64,000 nt of DNA. It comes from Pseudomonadota bacterium. Lineage in GTDB: Bacteria; SZUA-182; DTGQ01. Shown here piece by piece: positions 53,008 through 63,507 of the stretch. The notes under the pieces are model-generated. The model had not been told where the DNA came from and did no database searches. It saw only the letters and a list, made by a program, of their open reading frames with translations. Within the stretch, counting starts at the first letter, position 1, and each line of letters opens with the position of its first letter. Made by a program: the position numbers and the translations under genes. Location of the stretch: NCBI GenBank assembly GCA_030625085.1, contig DAOURK010000004.1, positions 9,121-73,120 of the forward strand, in the 5' to 3' direction.

Positions 53008-53994
53008 TTGGATTATGATATCCGTGCTATTAATGAGAAAGTAAAAGAGGAAAGCGTATTTGTTGAAGTAGTTTTTAAAGAATTAGAAAAAGTCATTGTT
53101 GGTCAGCGACACATGCTGGAACGGCTTTTTATTGGCCTTCTGTGCAACGGACATATGCTGCTGGAAGGGGTGCCAGGTCTGGCTAAGACCTTATCGATTA
53201 AAACCCTTTCTCGAATTATCAAGGCCCAATTCCAGCGTATTCAGTTTACTCCTGATTTATTACCGGCAGATCTGATCGGCACTATGATCTATCATCAAAA
53301 AGACGGCAGTTTCATTCCCAAAAAGGGACCGATTTTTACCAATATCGTCTTGGCTGATGAAATAAACCGGGCGCCGGCTAAAGTACAAAGCGCCCTTTTA
53401 GAGGCCATGCAAGAGCGGCAGGTAACCATTGGCAATCAAACCTATCCGCTGGAAGATCCCTTCCTGGTGCTGGCTACGCAAAACCCCATCGAACAGGAGG
53501 GCACCTATCCTCTTCCGGAAGCCCAGGTAGATCGATTTATGCTTAAAATTCATATTACCTACCCTGATAAAAAGGAGGAGCGACTGATCATGGACAGGAT
53601 GATGAATGAAGAACAGATTCCTGTCTCTCAAGTCATTTCACCTGAGGATATTGTCCGGGCAAGATCAGTAGTCAACGAGGTGTATGTTGATGATAAAATT
53701 AAAGATTATATTATCGATATTGTTTTTGCCACTCGAGAACCAAAAAAATATGGTCTTGATCTTGACAATCTGATCGAATACGGCGCCTCACCCAGAGCCA
53801 CTATTTATTTGACCCGCGCAGTAAAGGCCCATGCTTTTCTTCAACGACGAGGGTACGTTACTCCCGAAGACATCAAGTCCATTGGAATAGATATTTTGCG
53901 CCACCGTGTTATTGCCACTTACGAAGCAGAAGCTGAAAACATTACCTCGGAAAACATTATTCAACAAATTTTTGACACCATCGAAGTCCCGTAA
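53008..53994 (+). CDS. moxR: MoxR-family AAA+ ATPase
   Basis: LEGVPGLAKT, RIQFTPDLLPAD, DEINRAPAKVQSALLEAM, YGASPRA. Confidence 0.95.
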   Translation: MDYDIRAINEKVKEESVFVEVVFKELEKVIVGQRHMLERLFIGLLCNGHMLLEGVPGLAKTLSIKTLSRIIKAQFQRIQFTPDLLPADLIGTMIYHQKDGSFIPKKGPIFTNIVLADEINRAPAKVQSALLEAMQERQVTIGNQTYPLEDPFLVLATQNPIEQEGTYPLPEAQVDRFMLKIHITYPDKKEERLIMDRMMNEEQIPVSQVISPEDIVRARSVVNEVYVDDKIKDYIIDIVFATREPKKYGLDLDNLIEYGASPRATIYLTRAVKAHAFLQRRGYVTPEDIKSIGIDILRHRVIATYEAEAENITSENIIQQIFDTIEVP

Positions 53995-53999
53995 AAGCG

Positions 54000-54878
54000 A
54001 TGCTACCAAAAGAAATTATTAAAAAAATCAGACACATTGAGATTTACACCGCCCATTTAGTTAACGATCTCTTGGCAGGAGAATACCACAGCGTCTTTAA
54101 GGGGCGGGGGATGGACTTTGCCGAGGTTCGCGAATACCAAATGGGGGATGACATCCGTACCATAGACTGGAATGTTACTGCTCGCACCAGCCACCCCCAC
54201 GTGAAACAATATGTGGAAGAACGAGAACTTACAATAATGCTTCTTGTAGATGCGAGTTCTTCGGGAGAATTTGGGACCGTTCGTCAAATGAAAGGTGAGA
54301 TAGCGGTTGAGCTGTGCGCTTTGCTGGCCTTTTCCGCCATTAAAAATAATGACCGCGTGGGATTAATCATTTTTACTGACAAGATTGAAAAATTTGTTCC
54401 CCCAAAAAAAGGAAAAAAACATGTTTTGCGCGTTATTCGAGAACTTTTATACTTTCGGCCGGAAGAAAAAAAAACAGATATTACCCAGGCCTTAGAATAC
54501 ATGCACAAGGTTATTAAACGAAAATGTGTCGCCTTTCTCATTTCCGACTTTATCGCCGGGGACTACCGCAAGGCTTTTGAAATCACGGCCAAAAAACACG
54601 ACCTGATTGCCATTACCATTACCGACCCTCGGGAGATGCAATTGCCTGATGTGGGCTTGATTGAATTGGAAGATGCCGAAACAGGAGAGGAAATCCTGGT
54701 TGATACTTCCGACCCTGAGGTGAGAGAACTTTTCTCACGACTAAATACCCGGCAAAGAACAGAAAGACAAAAAATTTTCCGCTCCATGAAATTAGATTTC
54801 ATTGATGTATTGACCAATCAATCGTATGTGGACGAGTTGATTAAATTTTTCCGGATGAGGGCTAAAAGAGCGCAATGA
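54000..54878 (+). CDS. DUF58 (vWA-like) protein
   Basis: GRGMDFAEVREYQMGDDIRTIDWNVTAR, LLVDASSS, LISDF. Confidence 0.92.
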   Translation: MLPKEIIKKIRHIEIYTAHLVNDLLAGEYHSVFKGRGMDFAEVREYQMGDDIRTIDWNVTARTSHPHVKQYVEERELTIMLLVDASSSGEFGTVRQMKGEIAVELCALLAFSAIKNNDRVGLIIFTDKIEKFVPPKKGKKHVLRVIRELLYFRPEEKKTDITQALEYMHKVIKRKCVAFLISDFIAGDYRKAFEITAKKHDLIAITITDPREMQLPDVGLIELEDAETGEEILVDTSDPEVRELFSRLNTRQRTERQKIFRSMKLDFIDVLTNQSYVDELIKFFRMRAKRAQ

Positions 54879-55942
54879 ATTTAGAACCAAACAAACAAAA
54901 AAAGCCGGCCAAAATGGCGGCTGTGTTTTTCTGTACCCTTCTTTTAGCACTATTGACAATGCAAATACTCTTTACACCACAAATAGTTTTTGCATCCCTT
55001 ACAGATGAGTCTTCCTTATCCTTAGAATCAAAAGTAGACAAAAATGAAGTTACCATAGGAGATCCTATTCACTATACCATTACCGCCATCATGCCCAAGG
55101 GCATTGAGCTTGCCCTGCCCCACCCGGGGAGTAATTTGGGAGAATTTGAAATACAGGATTACCAAATAACAGGCCCAACCGAGCAGGAAGACCGGGTTAT
55201 CCACACCATTGATTACACTATTGCCGCTTATGACGTTGGTTCCTACCACATTCCCCCGGTAGAAATTCAATACAAAACAATCGAAGGTGAACAAAAAACA
55301 ATCTCCTCTGAAGGGATCGAAATCAAGGTGAAGGCCGTAGCTCCGGAAGATGCTTCTGATATCAAAGACATTAAGGGGCCGCTGGAGATAAAAAGGAATT
55401 GGGCTCCTTATCGAAAAATGCTTTTATGGTCGGCACTGGCCTTAATTCTAACACTTTTGGTTTTTTGGGGTATTCGCTACTATTATCGAAAAAAGCAAAC
55501 TTCTCAAGATATTGAACCTGAGCTGAGGCGCCCGGCCCATGAAATAGCCTATGAAGAGTTGAAAATGATCTGGGATACCTTTTTAGAAAATAACCTGATT
55601 AAAAAATTTTATTTACGCTTATCTGAGATTATTCGTCACTATTTTTCTCGACAATACCAAATCAATGCCCTTGAGGCAACCACGGAAGAGCTGATACAGG
55701 GATTAAAAAATCAACCCCTTCACTGGCGGCAGAAATCTTTGATTTCAAATTTTCTGGGTGACTGTGATCTGGTAAAATTTGCCAAATATATCCCTGAAAT
55801 GACTGAAACGGAAAAGACCTACCAATTGGCTTTGCAAATTATTGACGAAACAAAAATAAAAACCGATTCCCCACAGGCAACTCTACCTTCGGTCGTTACT
55901 CAGAAGAGCATAAATAATACAAAAAAAGGGTTACAAGGATAA
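54875..55942 (+). CDS. Bat-cluster membrane protein (BatD-like N-terminal domain)
   Basis: Signal, VTIGDPI, DIKDIKGP, TM helix, LSEIIRHY, ATTEE, DLVKFAKY. Confidence 0.78.
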   Translation: MNLEPNKQKKPAKMAAVFFCTLLLALLTMQILFTPQIVFASLTDESSLSLESKVDKNEVTIGDPIHYTITAIMPKGIELALPHPGSNLGEFEIQDYQITGPTEQEDRVIHTIDYTIAAYDVGSYHIPPVEIQYKTIEGEQKTISSEGIEIKVKAVAPEDASDIKDIKGPLEIKRNWAPYRKMLLWSALALILTLLVFWGIRYYYRKKQTSQDIEPELRRPAHEIAYEELKMIWDTFLENNLIKKFYLRLSEIIRHYFSRQYQINALEATTEELIQGLKNQPLHWRQKSLISNFLGDCDLVKFAKYIPEMTETEKTYQLALQIIDETKIKTDSPQATLPSVVTQKSINNTKKGLQG

Positions 55943-55945
55943 ACA

Positions 55946-56950
55946 ATGCGATTTTTATATTCCTATTGGCTCATACTTTTATTCATTATTCCTATGATGA
56001 TTTTTTGGTACAGGAAGAAAAAAACAAAAAAAGTAACCTTGCGTTTTTCAGACATTGGAGTCATTAAGCAAATCAGACCTTCCCGGTCACTCAAGTACCG
56101 ACATCTGGTTTTTATCCTAAAGGTAACGGCCGTTGCGTTGATTATACTGGCTATGGCCCGACCACAATCAGGGGAGCGAAATCGGGAAATTACCAGCGAA
56201 GGGATCAATATCATATTGGCTATGGATGTTTCCGGCAGTATGCGGGCAGAAGATTTTAAACCAAAAAATCGGTTGCACGTAGCTAAAAAAGTCGTAGCTG
56301 ATTTTATTAACGGAAGAGAATCAGACCAGATCGGCATGGTGGTTTTTGCCGGGCGTTCTTTTACCCAATGTCCCCTGACCATAGATTATGGCATTTTACT
56401 CAGTTTTTTGGAAAGGATTGAAATCGGCATGGTGGAGGACGGAACGGCTATCGGCCTGGCTTTGACCAATTGTGTGAATCGTTTAAAAGATATCAAAGCC
56501 AAAAGTAAAATTATTATTCTGCTTACTGACGGCCAAAATAACAGGGGCGAAATCGATCCGATTACTGCGGCTAAGGTAGCCAAAACCATGGGGATTAAAA
56601 TATATGCCGTGGGTGTAGGCAAAGAAGGAGGCGCTCCAATTCCAACCTATGATCCCTTTTTCGGCAAAGTATATGCCCGAGGACCGGACGGCCGAGTTCT
56701 GCTTACCCGGATGGATGAGGCAACCTTAAAAGAGATTGCCCGGATTACCGAAGGTGAATATTTTCGGGCCACAGACCCGGATAGCCTGGAGGAAATTTAT
56801 CAACAAATTGATCTACTGGAAAAAACCGAATTTAAAATTAAACAATTTACCGAATATTCCGAATTATTTCACTATTTCCTGATAACGGCTATCGTTTTCT
56901 TAGTATTGGGTATAATCCTGGAAAACACCCGGTTTAGAACAATACCCTGA
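55946..56950 (+). CDS. batA: BatA-like vWA domain protein
   Basis: MARPQ, MIDAS DVSGSM, GTAIG, ILLTDGQNNRG. Confidence 0.9.
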   Translation: MRFLYSYWLILLFIIPMMIFWYRKKKTKKVTLRFSDIGVIKQIRPSRSLKYRHLVFILKVTAVALIILAMARPQSGERNREITSEGINIILAMDVSGSMRAEDFKPKNRLHVAKKVVADFINGRESDQIGMVVFAGRSFTQCPLTIDYGILLSFLERIEIGMVEDGTAIGLALTNCVNRLKDIKAKSKIIILLTDGQNNRGEIDPITAAKVAKTMGIKIYAVGVGKEGGAPIPTYDPFFGKVYARGPDGRVLLTRMDEATLKEIARITEGEYFRATDPDSLEEIYQQIDLLEKTEFKIKQFTEYSELFHYFLITAIVFLVLGIILENTRFRTIP

Positions 56951-57057
56951 CCCGGACAAGCCAGGACCAAAAGAAACATATAATTTTTTAGCGCGACGAT
57001 CACGAAGACCACGAAGTAAAAATAAAAAATTCGTTCGCTTTGTGTTCTTCGTGGTTA
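56951..57057. repeat. Imperfect palindromic repeat (family D)
   Basis: CACGAAGACCACGAAG...CTTTGTGTTCTTCGTGG inverted arms directly after the batA stop. Confidence 0.5.
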
Positions 57058-57106
57058 GATAAAATTTTCTGCCAGAAAAAAACATGGGTTTTAGAATTAA
57101 AATACT

Positions 57107-57207
57107 GATGCAATCGTAAAAAGTCAGATTTATAAGAACAGTGTCTAATAAAATCATATAGTTATAATAGTTGTAATGGTTAATTTGGGACTTTTCCCGA
57201 GATCATC
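57107..57207 (+). mobile_element. 101-bp MITE, subfamily C
   Basis: Near-identical to 48614-48714; flanks AAATACT / AAATAAT. Confidence 0.85.
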
Positions 57208-57242
57208 AAATAATAAGTGGTAAAATGTTGAGGCGTTAATTT

Positions 57243-58274
57243 ATGAAATTTGCTACCCCGGAATGGTTATATTTATTATTTCTTATCCCGTGCTTGCTGA
57301 TATTCTTTATCCGGATGCGCAAAAGAAAACAGAAGGACTTACAGAGATTCGGCCATCCGGACCTTTTACAAAAGCTTTCTTCCTCTTCTTCCGGATTAAA
57401 GGGTTCCCCCCGCAGATTCATTTTTTTCCTCTTAGCCTTGTCCCTTCTCATCCTCGCGTTGGCCAGACCGCAATGGGGAACTCGAATGCAAACCATCAAA
57501 CGAAAAGGGTTAGATCTGCTGATTGCTTTGGATACATCCAAAAGTATGCTGGCCGAAGATATTAAGCCAAATCGGCTTGAACTGGCCAAATATGAAATAG
57601 CCCATTTTATCGATAATTTAGAGGGAGATCGAATAGGTCTTATTTGCTTTGCCGGCACAAGTTTTGTACAATGTCCCCTAACCCTGGATTATGCTGCCGC
57701 CAAAATCTTTTTAAAGGTCATTGACACTAATATTATCCCAACAGGAGGAACGGCCATTGGAGAGTCTATACTCAAGGCTCAACAGACCTTTATCCGGGAA
57801 GAGAGAAAGCACAAGGTCCTCATTCTGCTGACTGATGGAGAAGACCATAACAGTGAGCCTGTGGAAGCAGCCAAAGAGGCCGCTCATGAGGGTATTCGAA
57901 TTTATACCATAGGCTTAGGATCAGAATCTGGAGAGCCCATCCCCTTGAAGGATCAAAACGGCGCCCATATTGGATATCTAAAAAATCGTCAAGGGAAAGT
58001 GGTTATGAGCAAGCTGGACCAAACAACATTAGAAAAGATTGCCTTATTGACTAAGGGGAAGTATTACCACGCTTCAACAGGTGAAATGGAGTTAAGTAAG
58101 GTATTTCAGGATATTGCCGACATGGAAAAAAAGGAACTTCAATCTAAAAAACATGTGCAATACGAAGATCGATTCTATTATTTTTTATGGTCGGCCCTTC
58201 TTTTTTTACTGCTGGAATTTTTTCTCGCCGACCACCGTAAAGGCAAAAGAAAATGGGGAGGAAGGTTTGAATAA
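57243..58274 (+). CDS. batB: BatB-like vWA domain protein
   Basis: LARPQWG, DTSKSMLAEDIKPNRL, PLTLDY, LLTDGEDH. Confidence 0.9.
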   Translation: MKFATPEWLYLLFLIPCLLIFFIRMRKRKQKDLQRFGHPDLLQKLSSSSSGLKGSPRRFIFFLLALSLLILALARPQWGTRMQTIKRKGLDLLIALDTSKSMLAEDIKPNRLELAKYEIAHFIDNLEGDRIGLICFAGTSFVQCPLTLDYAAAKIFLKVIDTNIIPTGGTAIGESILKAQQTFIREERKHKVLILLTDGEDHNSEPVEAAKEAAHEGIRIYTIGLGSESGEPIPLKDQNGAHIGYLKNRQGKVVMSKLDQTTLEKIALLTKGKYYHASTGEMELSKVFQDIADMEKKELQSKKHVQYEDRFYYFLWSALLFLLLEFFLADHRKGKRKWGGRFE

Positions 58275-59070
58275 GAAACACGTATTTACCTGGAGCCTTA
58301 TCCTTTTCGCTGTCGGCTGTTTGGGGTGGGAAAATCCCTTTGCCAACAAAACAAAAAAAGGCAATAAACTGTATACACAGGAAAAATACGAGGAGGCCTT
58401 GAAAGAATATCTGGACGCCCAATTGGACAACCCCGAATCTGAAGCCCTGCATTTTAATATCGGAAATGTCTTGTTCAAACAAAAAAAGTATAAAGAAGCA
58501 GGGGAAGAGTATCAAAAAGCCGGTCAGTTCCGAAATATATCCACTCAAGCCGCTGCCTGTTATAATCTGGGCAACTGTAAATTTCGAGAGAAGGATCTCT
58601 CTGGAGCTATTGAGGAATATAAAAAGGCCCTGAATCTCACTCCGCAAGACCAAGAAGCAAAATTCAATCTCGAACTGGCTCGCCGCAAGCTGAAAGAAAT
58701 GGCTCAGCAATCGCAACAAAATCAACAACAGTGTTCCCAATCACAAGAAAAAAAGGAGGGCCAATCATCAGATCAGCAAAAAAAGGGTGGAGCCGACCAA
58801 AATGAACAATCAGCACAAAAATCCGAGCAAGGACGTCAGGATGAAGGGGGGGGGGGAGAGCAAGAGCAAGAAAAAAACTTAGCTCAATTCGATCCGAATC
58901 AACAATCAGCTTCAATGAAACCAAATAAAAACCCCCAAAAAGATGGGCAGGAAATGTCTAAGGAAGATGCCCTCAGGATCTTACAGGCTTTACAACATCG
59001 AGAGAATAAAGAGCCGAAATATATGTCCCCGCCATCAAAAGGGAGGGAATATATCGAATATGACTGGTAA
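58267..59070 (+). CDS. batC: BatC-like TPR protein with Q/E-rich tail
   Basis: TPR motifs (FNIGN, YNLGN, FNLELA), low-complexity tail, C-terminal DW. Start reassigned to TTG 58267 after GGAGG. Confidence 0.8.
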   Translation: MNKKHVFTWSLILFAVGCLGWENPFANKTKKGNKLYTQEKYEEALKEYLDAQLDNPESEALHFNIGNVLFKQKKYKEAGEEYQKAGQFRNISTQAAACYNLGNCKFREKDLSGAIEEYKKALNLTPQDQEAKFNLELARRKLKEMAQQSQQNQQQCSQSQEKKEGQSSDQQKKGGADQNEQSAQKSEQGRQDEGGGGEQEQEKNLAQFDPNQQSASMKPNKNPQKDGQEMSKEDALRILQALQHRENKEPKYMSPPSKGREYIEYDW

Positions 59071-60907
59071 AAAAACTCGGCTGCTCATTATTATCGTTAT
59101 TGTGCTTCTTTGGGCTATACCGGTCCTGTTGGGAGCATGCTTTGCTCAAGCACAGTCGATTTCCATTCGCTCTTCGGTCAATAAAACATCATTAACCCTT
59201 GATGATCATCTGACCCTTTCCGTGGTCATCGAAGGCTCCAATATCGGTTCTCTTTCCGATCCTGAACTACCCAATCTTGATGCCTTCTCAGTAGTCTCTT
59301 CCTCTCAGGGTTCAAATTTTTCCTGGATTAACGGCAAAATTTCCATAGCCAAAACCATTAGCTATATTTTGAGTCCTCTGGAAACCGGGATCTTCACCAT
59401 CCCGCCCATAAAAATCCTTCAAGGAAAAAAAACCTATCAAACCCATCCAATCACGATAACCGTTTTCCAAACCTCTTCGTCACCCAGCCCATCCCCATCC
59501 CCCAAAGGTAAACGACAAATATCTCCTTCCACACCTAAGCCCTCAAAGCAAAAACCGAGGAGTGATCAACAAAAACAGGGAAATATTTTTATTACCAATA
59601 CTGTGGACAAAACACAAGTCTATGTGAATGAGCAAATCATCCTGACCTTTGGATTTTATCGCCGCATTGAGCTATGGCGAAATCCGACTTACAGCCAACC
59701 CCCTTTGGAGGGCTTCTGGGCCGAAGATTTGCGGGAATCCCCCTCAATAATTGAAATGGTAAATGGGAAACAGTACCGAGTGCAGGAAATCAAAAAAGCA
59801 CTTTTCCCCATGAGCGCAGGAAAATATACCATTGGCCCGGCCACCCTTACCTACCAAACAAGATTTTTCTCAAGGTCCCAAACACTGAAAACAAAACCGA
59901 TTACCATAGAGGTCCTCCCTTTACCCAATAAAGAAAAACCAAAAAATTTTCAAGGAGTTGTCGGAAACTATACCCTCTCTACATCTGTTGATTACCAGAT
60001 CTGTACCCAAAACGAACCCCTCACCTTTCATATAAAGATCGAGGGGACTGGTCATATTGAAAGTATCCCGGAGCCTGAATTCCCCGAAGGAGAAGGATTT
60101 CAAAAATACGAAACCACCTCCGCTCAATCAATTAGCAAGCAGGAAAGGGTAGAAGGAGAAAAAACTTTTGATTTTCTTCTCATCCCTCGAAAAACCGGGA
60201 GTCTGCAAATTCCTTCAATAGATTTCTCTTTTTTTAATCCTCAGGATAAAAAATACCACTCTCTTACCACCAAGCCCATCTCAGTAACAGTTGCTCCGGC
60301 CCAAAATGCTCCTTTTGAAGCCTCCACCTCCACACCAAAACAGGCCAAACAACTTATTGATAAACAAGAAATTACCCTTATGCAAGAAGATATTCGGTAT
60401 ATCAAGGTAAATATAAAAAAATTAAAAAAGAATAATTTTATCTTTGAAAATAGAATATATTGGTGTATTATATTAATCCCTCTTATGGGATTATTTCTCT
60501 GTTTTTGGATAGATCGAAGGAAACAAAAACTGCAAGGAGATCTGCGGTATGCCCGATTAAGAAAGGCTCATCGTCTGGCCAAAAAAAATCTTCGGAATGC
60601 GCGTACCCATGACAAAAAAGGAGAAGAGAAGGAGTTTTATGCGGCCATAGCCAAATCTCTTGCTGACTATGTAGCAGATAAATTAAATGTTCAAGCTGCC
60701 GGGCTCACCAACCGGTCTATTGCCGAACAACTTCAGGCTATTGGCGTCCCTGAGGAAACCCTAAAAGCGCTACAAAATTGCCTTGACGCGTGTGATTATG
60801 CCCGCTTTGCCCCAACCAATGGTGATGCCAAAGCCCGAAAAAATTTACTGGCCAAGGCAGAAAATGTTATTCTTAAAACGGAAAAGGTGGTCAAGGGAAA
60901 AGAATAA
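59060..60907 (+). CDS. batD: BatD-family protein
   Basis: Signal peptide, repeated BatD-like beta domains, TM helix, CDYARFAP. Start reassigned to ATG 59060. Confidence 0.85.
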   Translation: MTGKKTRLLIIIVIVLLWAIPVLLGACFAQAQSISIRSSVNKTSLTLDDHLTLSVVIEGSNIGSLSDPELPNLDAFSVVSSSQGSNFSWINGKISIAKTISYILSPLETGIFTIPPIKILQGKKTYQTHPITITVFQTSSSPSPSPSPKGKRQISPSTPKPSKQKPRSDQQKQGNIFITNTVDKTQVYVNEQIILTFGFYRRIELWRNPTYSQPPLEGFWAEDLRESPSIIEMVNGKQYRVQEIKKALFPMSAGKYTIGPATLTYQTRFFSRSQTLKTKPITIEVLPLPNKEKPKNFQGVVGNYTLSTSVDYQICTQNEPLTFHIKIEGTGHIESIPEPEFPEGEGFQKYETTSAQSISKQERVEGEKTFDFLLIPRKTGSLQIPSIDFSFFNPQDKKYHSLTTKPISVTVAPAQNAPFEASTSTPKQAKQLIDKQEITLMQEDIRYIKVNIKKLKKNNFIFENRIYWCIILIPLMGLFLCFWIDRRKQKLQGDLRYARLRKAHRLAKKNLRNARTHDKKGEEKEFYAAIAKSLADYVADKLNVQAAGLTNRSIAEQLQAIGVPEETLKALQNCLDACDYARFAPTNGDAKARKNLLAKAENVILKTEKVVKGKE

Positions 60908-61701
60908 TGACCAAAAGAAATGTTTATTTCCATAGTTTTTGTATTATTCTGATTTTTGCTCTTTCATTTCTTCCCTTTTCATTAAGGGCACAAGAGGAAA
61001 AAATTTTGGCCATGGAAGAGTTTGGCAGCGCAAATGAATATTATCGAAAGGAACAATATAAGCAGGCAGCACAAAAATATTTAAAAATTATCCAACAAGG
61101 ATATCAAGATCCCTCGCTTTTTTATAATCTTGGCAATGCTTATTTTAAAGCAGGGGAGTTAGGAAGGGCTATTCTTTTTTATCAAAGAGCCAAACAGCTC
61201 CTTCCCCGGGACATTGACATCAAAAAAAATCTTGCCTATGCAGAGTCCCTGACTATTGATAAAATTGACGTAGACAAACCCGGATTCATTTCTACTCTTT
61301 GGGAAAAAATCACCTCCTTTCTAACCATCAATGAATTAACCATACTTATCACGGGGATCTATTTTTTACTCATTTTGTCGTCCCTTTTGGCTATTGTAAA
61401 AAAAAGGGGGCCTTTTCGAAAAATCATGATTCAACTGATTATCCTCTTTTCAACTCTGTTCATTCTGACGGGGGCAATTTTGCTCCAAGGAATTTATCAA
61501 ATAAAAATAGCTCCATATGGAGTTGTCATCTCAAAAGTAGTTGAGGTCAAAAGCGGGCCTGAAGAAAACCTGGCCACGCTTTTCTCACTTCATGAAGGGA
61601 CAACTTTTTTAATTCAACAAAAAAGGGGGGATTGGTTGCAGATTATTCTTAAAACAGGATGGAGCGGATGGTTACCAACCGGGGATATTCAAAAAATTTA
61701 A
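60907..61701 (+). CDS. batE: BatE-like TPR plus SH3 protein
   Basis: YNLGNAYFK TPR, two TM helices, LHEGT...GWL SH3b-like tail. Confidence 0.85.
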   Translation: MTKRNVYFHSFCIILIFALSFLPFSLRAQEEKILAMEEFGSANEYYRKEQYKQAAQKYLKIIQQGYQDPSLFYNLGNAYFKAGELGRAILFYQRAKQLLPRDIDIKKNLAYAESLTIDKIDVDKPGFISTLWEKITSFLTINELTILITGIYFLLILSSLLAIVKKRGPFRKIMIQLIILFSTLFILTGAILLQGIYQIKIAPYGVVISKVVEVKSGPEENLATLFSLHEGTTFLIQQKRGDWLQIILKTGWSGWLPTGDIQKI

Positions 61702-61846
61702 CCCAAAACATACAATACCATTAATTTGGTTGATTCTTCTTGGAGGTTTTATTAAAATGAGTTATTGTTTATAAACATTTTCTGAACACTACATTCTTGC
61801 CTTAGGTTTACAAAAAGACAAAACAATTGAGAGAGGTAAAATAATT

Positions 61847-62785
61847 ATGATCACAGTCACTAATCTTACCAAACGGTTCGGCCCAACCGTGGCCGTTGAC
61901 AACATCTCTTTTGAGGTACACAGAGGAGAAATACTCGGATTTCTAGGGCCGAATGGAGCAGGGAAGAGTACCACCATGAGAATTCTTACCTGTTATATGC
62001 CCCCGGATGAAGGAAAAGCTACCCTGGCCGGGCTGGATACCTTTGAAGATTCCCTGAAAATTCGTGAAAAAATCGGCTACCTTCCTGAAAATACTCCTCT
62101 CTATAATGATATGGGAGTTGTTGATTATCTTAAGTTCATTGCCGAAGTCCGCAGAATCCCTCATTCAAAAAGAAAAACGAGGATTAAGGAAGTAGCCCAG
62201 CAGTGTGGCCTCGGCAAGGAGGAATTGGCCAAGGATATCGGTCAACTATCCAAAGGATACCGGCAGAGAGTGGGATTGGCCCAAGCCTTGATCCACAATC
62301 CTGATATCCTCATTCTTGATGAACCTACTGTGGGTTTAGACCCCAACCAGATTATCGAGATCCGAAGGCTGATCAAGGACATTGGAGAAGAAAAAACAAT
62401 AATTCTTTGCTCCCATATATTGCCTGAAGTACAGGCCACCTGCAAACGAATTATCATCATCAAAGAGGGAAAAATTGTCGGGAGTGGGACACCGGAAGAG
62501 CTGGCTGCTCAAGCCCAGGGAGAAGAAATTGTTTATATTACCATTCAGGGCCCACAGGAGCAAATTCAACAACAATTAGACAAACTGGAAAACACCCAGG
62601 AATATCACCTATTAAGTTCGGAAAATACAAGCCATAGATTTGAGATCATAAGCAAAAAAGGAATAGATTTACGTAAGGACCTGTTTCAATTGGTAGTTGA
62701 TAACCAATGGTCTTTAACTGAAATGCAAAAAACCCAAATCACTCTGGAAGATGTTTTCAAACAACTCACCACAGAGGAAAATTAG
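61847..62785 (+). CDS. ABC transporter ATP-binding protein (GldA-like)
   Basis: GPNGAGKST, LSKGYRQRVGLAQA, LDEPTVGLDP. Confidence 0.92.
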   Translation: MITVTNLTKRFGPTVAVDNISFEVHRGEILGFLGPNGAGKSTTMRILTCYMPPDEGKATLAGLDTFEDSLKIREKIGYLPENTPLYNDMGVVDYLKFIAEVRRIPHSKRKTRIKEVAQQCGLGKEELAKDIGQLSKGYRQRVGLAQALIHNPDILILDEPTVGLDPNQIIEIRRLIKDIGEEKTIILCSHILPEVQATCKRIIIIKEGKIVGSGTPEELAAQAQGEEIVYITIQGPQEQIQQQLDKLENTQEYHLLSSENTSHRFEIISKKGIDLRKDLFQLVVDNQWSLTEMQKTQITLEDVFKQLTTEEN

Positions 62786-62787
62786 CC

Positions 62788-63504
62788 ATGAATAACGTAT
62801 ATGCCGTTTTCAAGAAAGAATTTCGAAGTTATTTTAATTCACCCATTGCCTATATCTTTATCACCGCCTTTCTGGTCTTTAGTGGATGGTTATTCTTTAG
62901 AGGATTTTTCCTTATCGGGCAGGCTACCATGCGCCCCTTTTTCTCCATTCTCCCCTGGGAATTCCTGTTTTTCGTTCCGGCGGTAACCATGAGGCTGTGG
63001 GCGGAAGAAAAAAAAATGGGCACCATGGAGCTTTTAATGACCTTACCACTCAAGGATGGGGAAATTGTAATCGGAAAATTCCTAGCCGCTTTTCTTTTTC
63101 TTGCCATTACGGTTTTGTTGACCTTTACTTTCCCCTTAACCCTCTATTATCTGGGCAAACCGGACATTGGCCCTATCTTGGGAGGATATATCGGGGCTTT
63201 GCTCATGGGGGCCGCCTATTTATCAATTGGTTTATTCATTTCCGGTCTTACGGAAAATCAAATTGTGGCTTTTATTCTCAGTGTCTTTGCCTGTTTCGGT
63301 CTCTTTATCATTGGAGAGCCGATTGTTCTTACGGCTTTACCGGGCTGGCTGGCCGGTTTTTTTTCCTTTCTGGGATTAGGAGCTCATTTTCAAAGTATAG
63401 GACGGGGAGTAATCGACTCCCGAGATATTATTTATTATCTTTCGGTTATCATCTTCTTTTTATTTCTTAACACCAGATTCGTCGAAAGTAGAAAATGGAG
63501 ATAA
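62788..63504 (+). CDS. ABC-2 permease (GldF-like)
   Basis: YFNSPIAY, TMRLWAEEKKMGTMELL, TENQIVA, GVIDSRD. Confidence 0.9.
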   Translation: MNNVYAVFKKEFRSYFNSPIAYIFITAFLVFSGWLFFRGFFLIGQATMRPFFSILPWEFLFFVPAVTMRLWAEEKKMGTMELLMTLPLKDGEIVIGKFLAAFLFLAITVLLTFTFPLTLYYLGKPDIGPILGGYIGALLMGAAYLSIGLFISGLTENQIVAFILSVFACFGLFIIGEPIVLTALPGWLAGFFSFLGLGAHFQSIGRGVIDSRDIIYYLSVIIFFLFLNTRFVESRKWR

Positions 63505-63507
63505 ATT

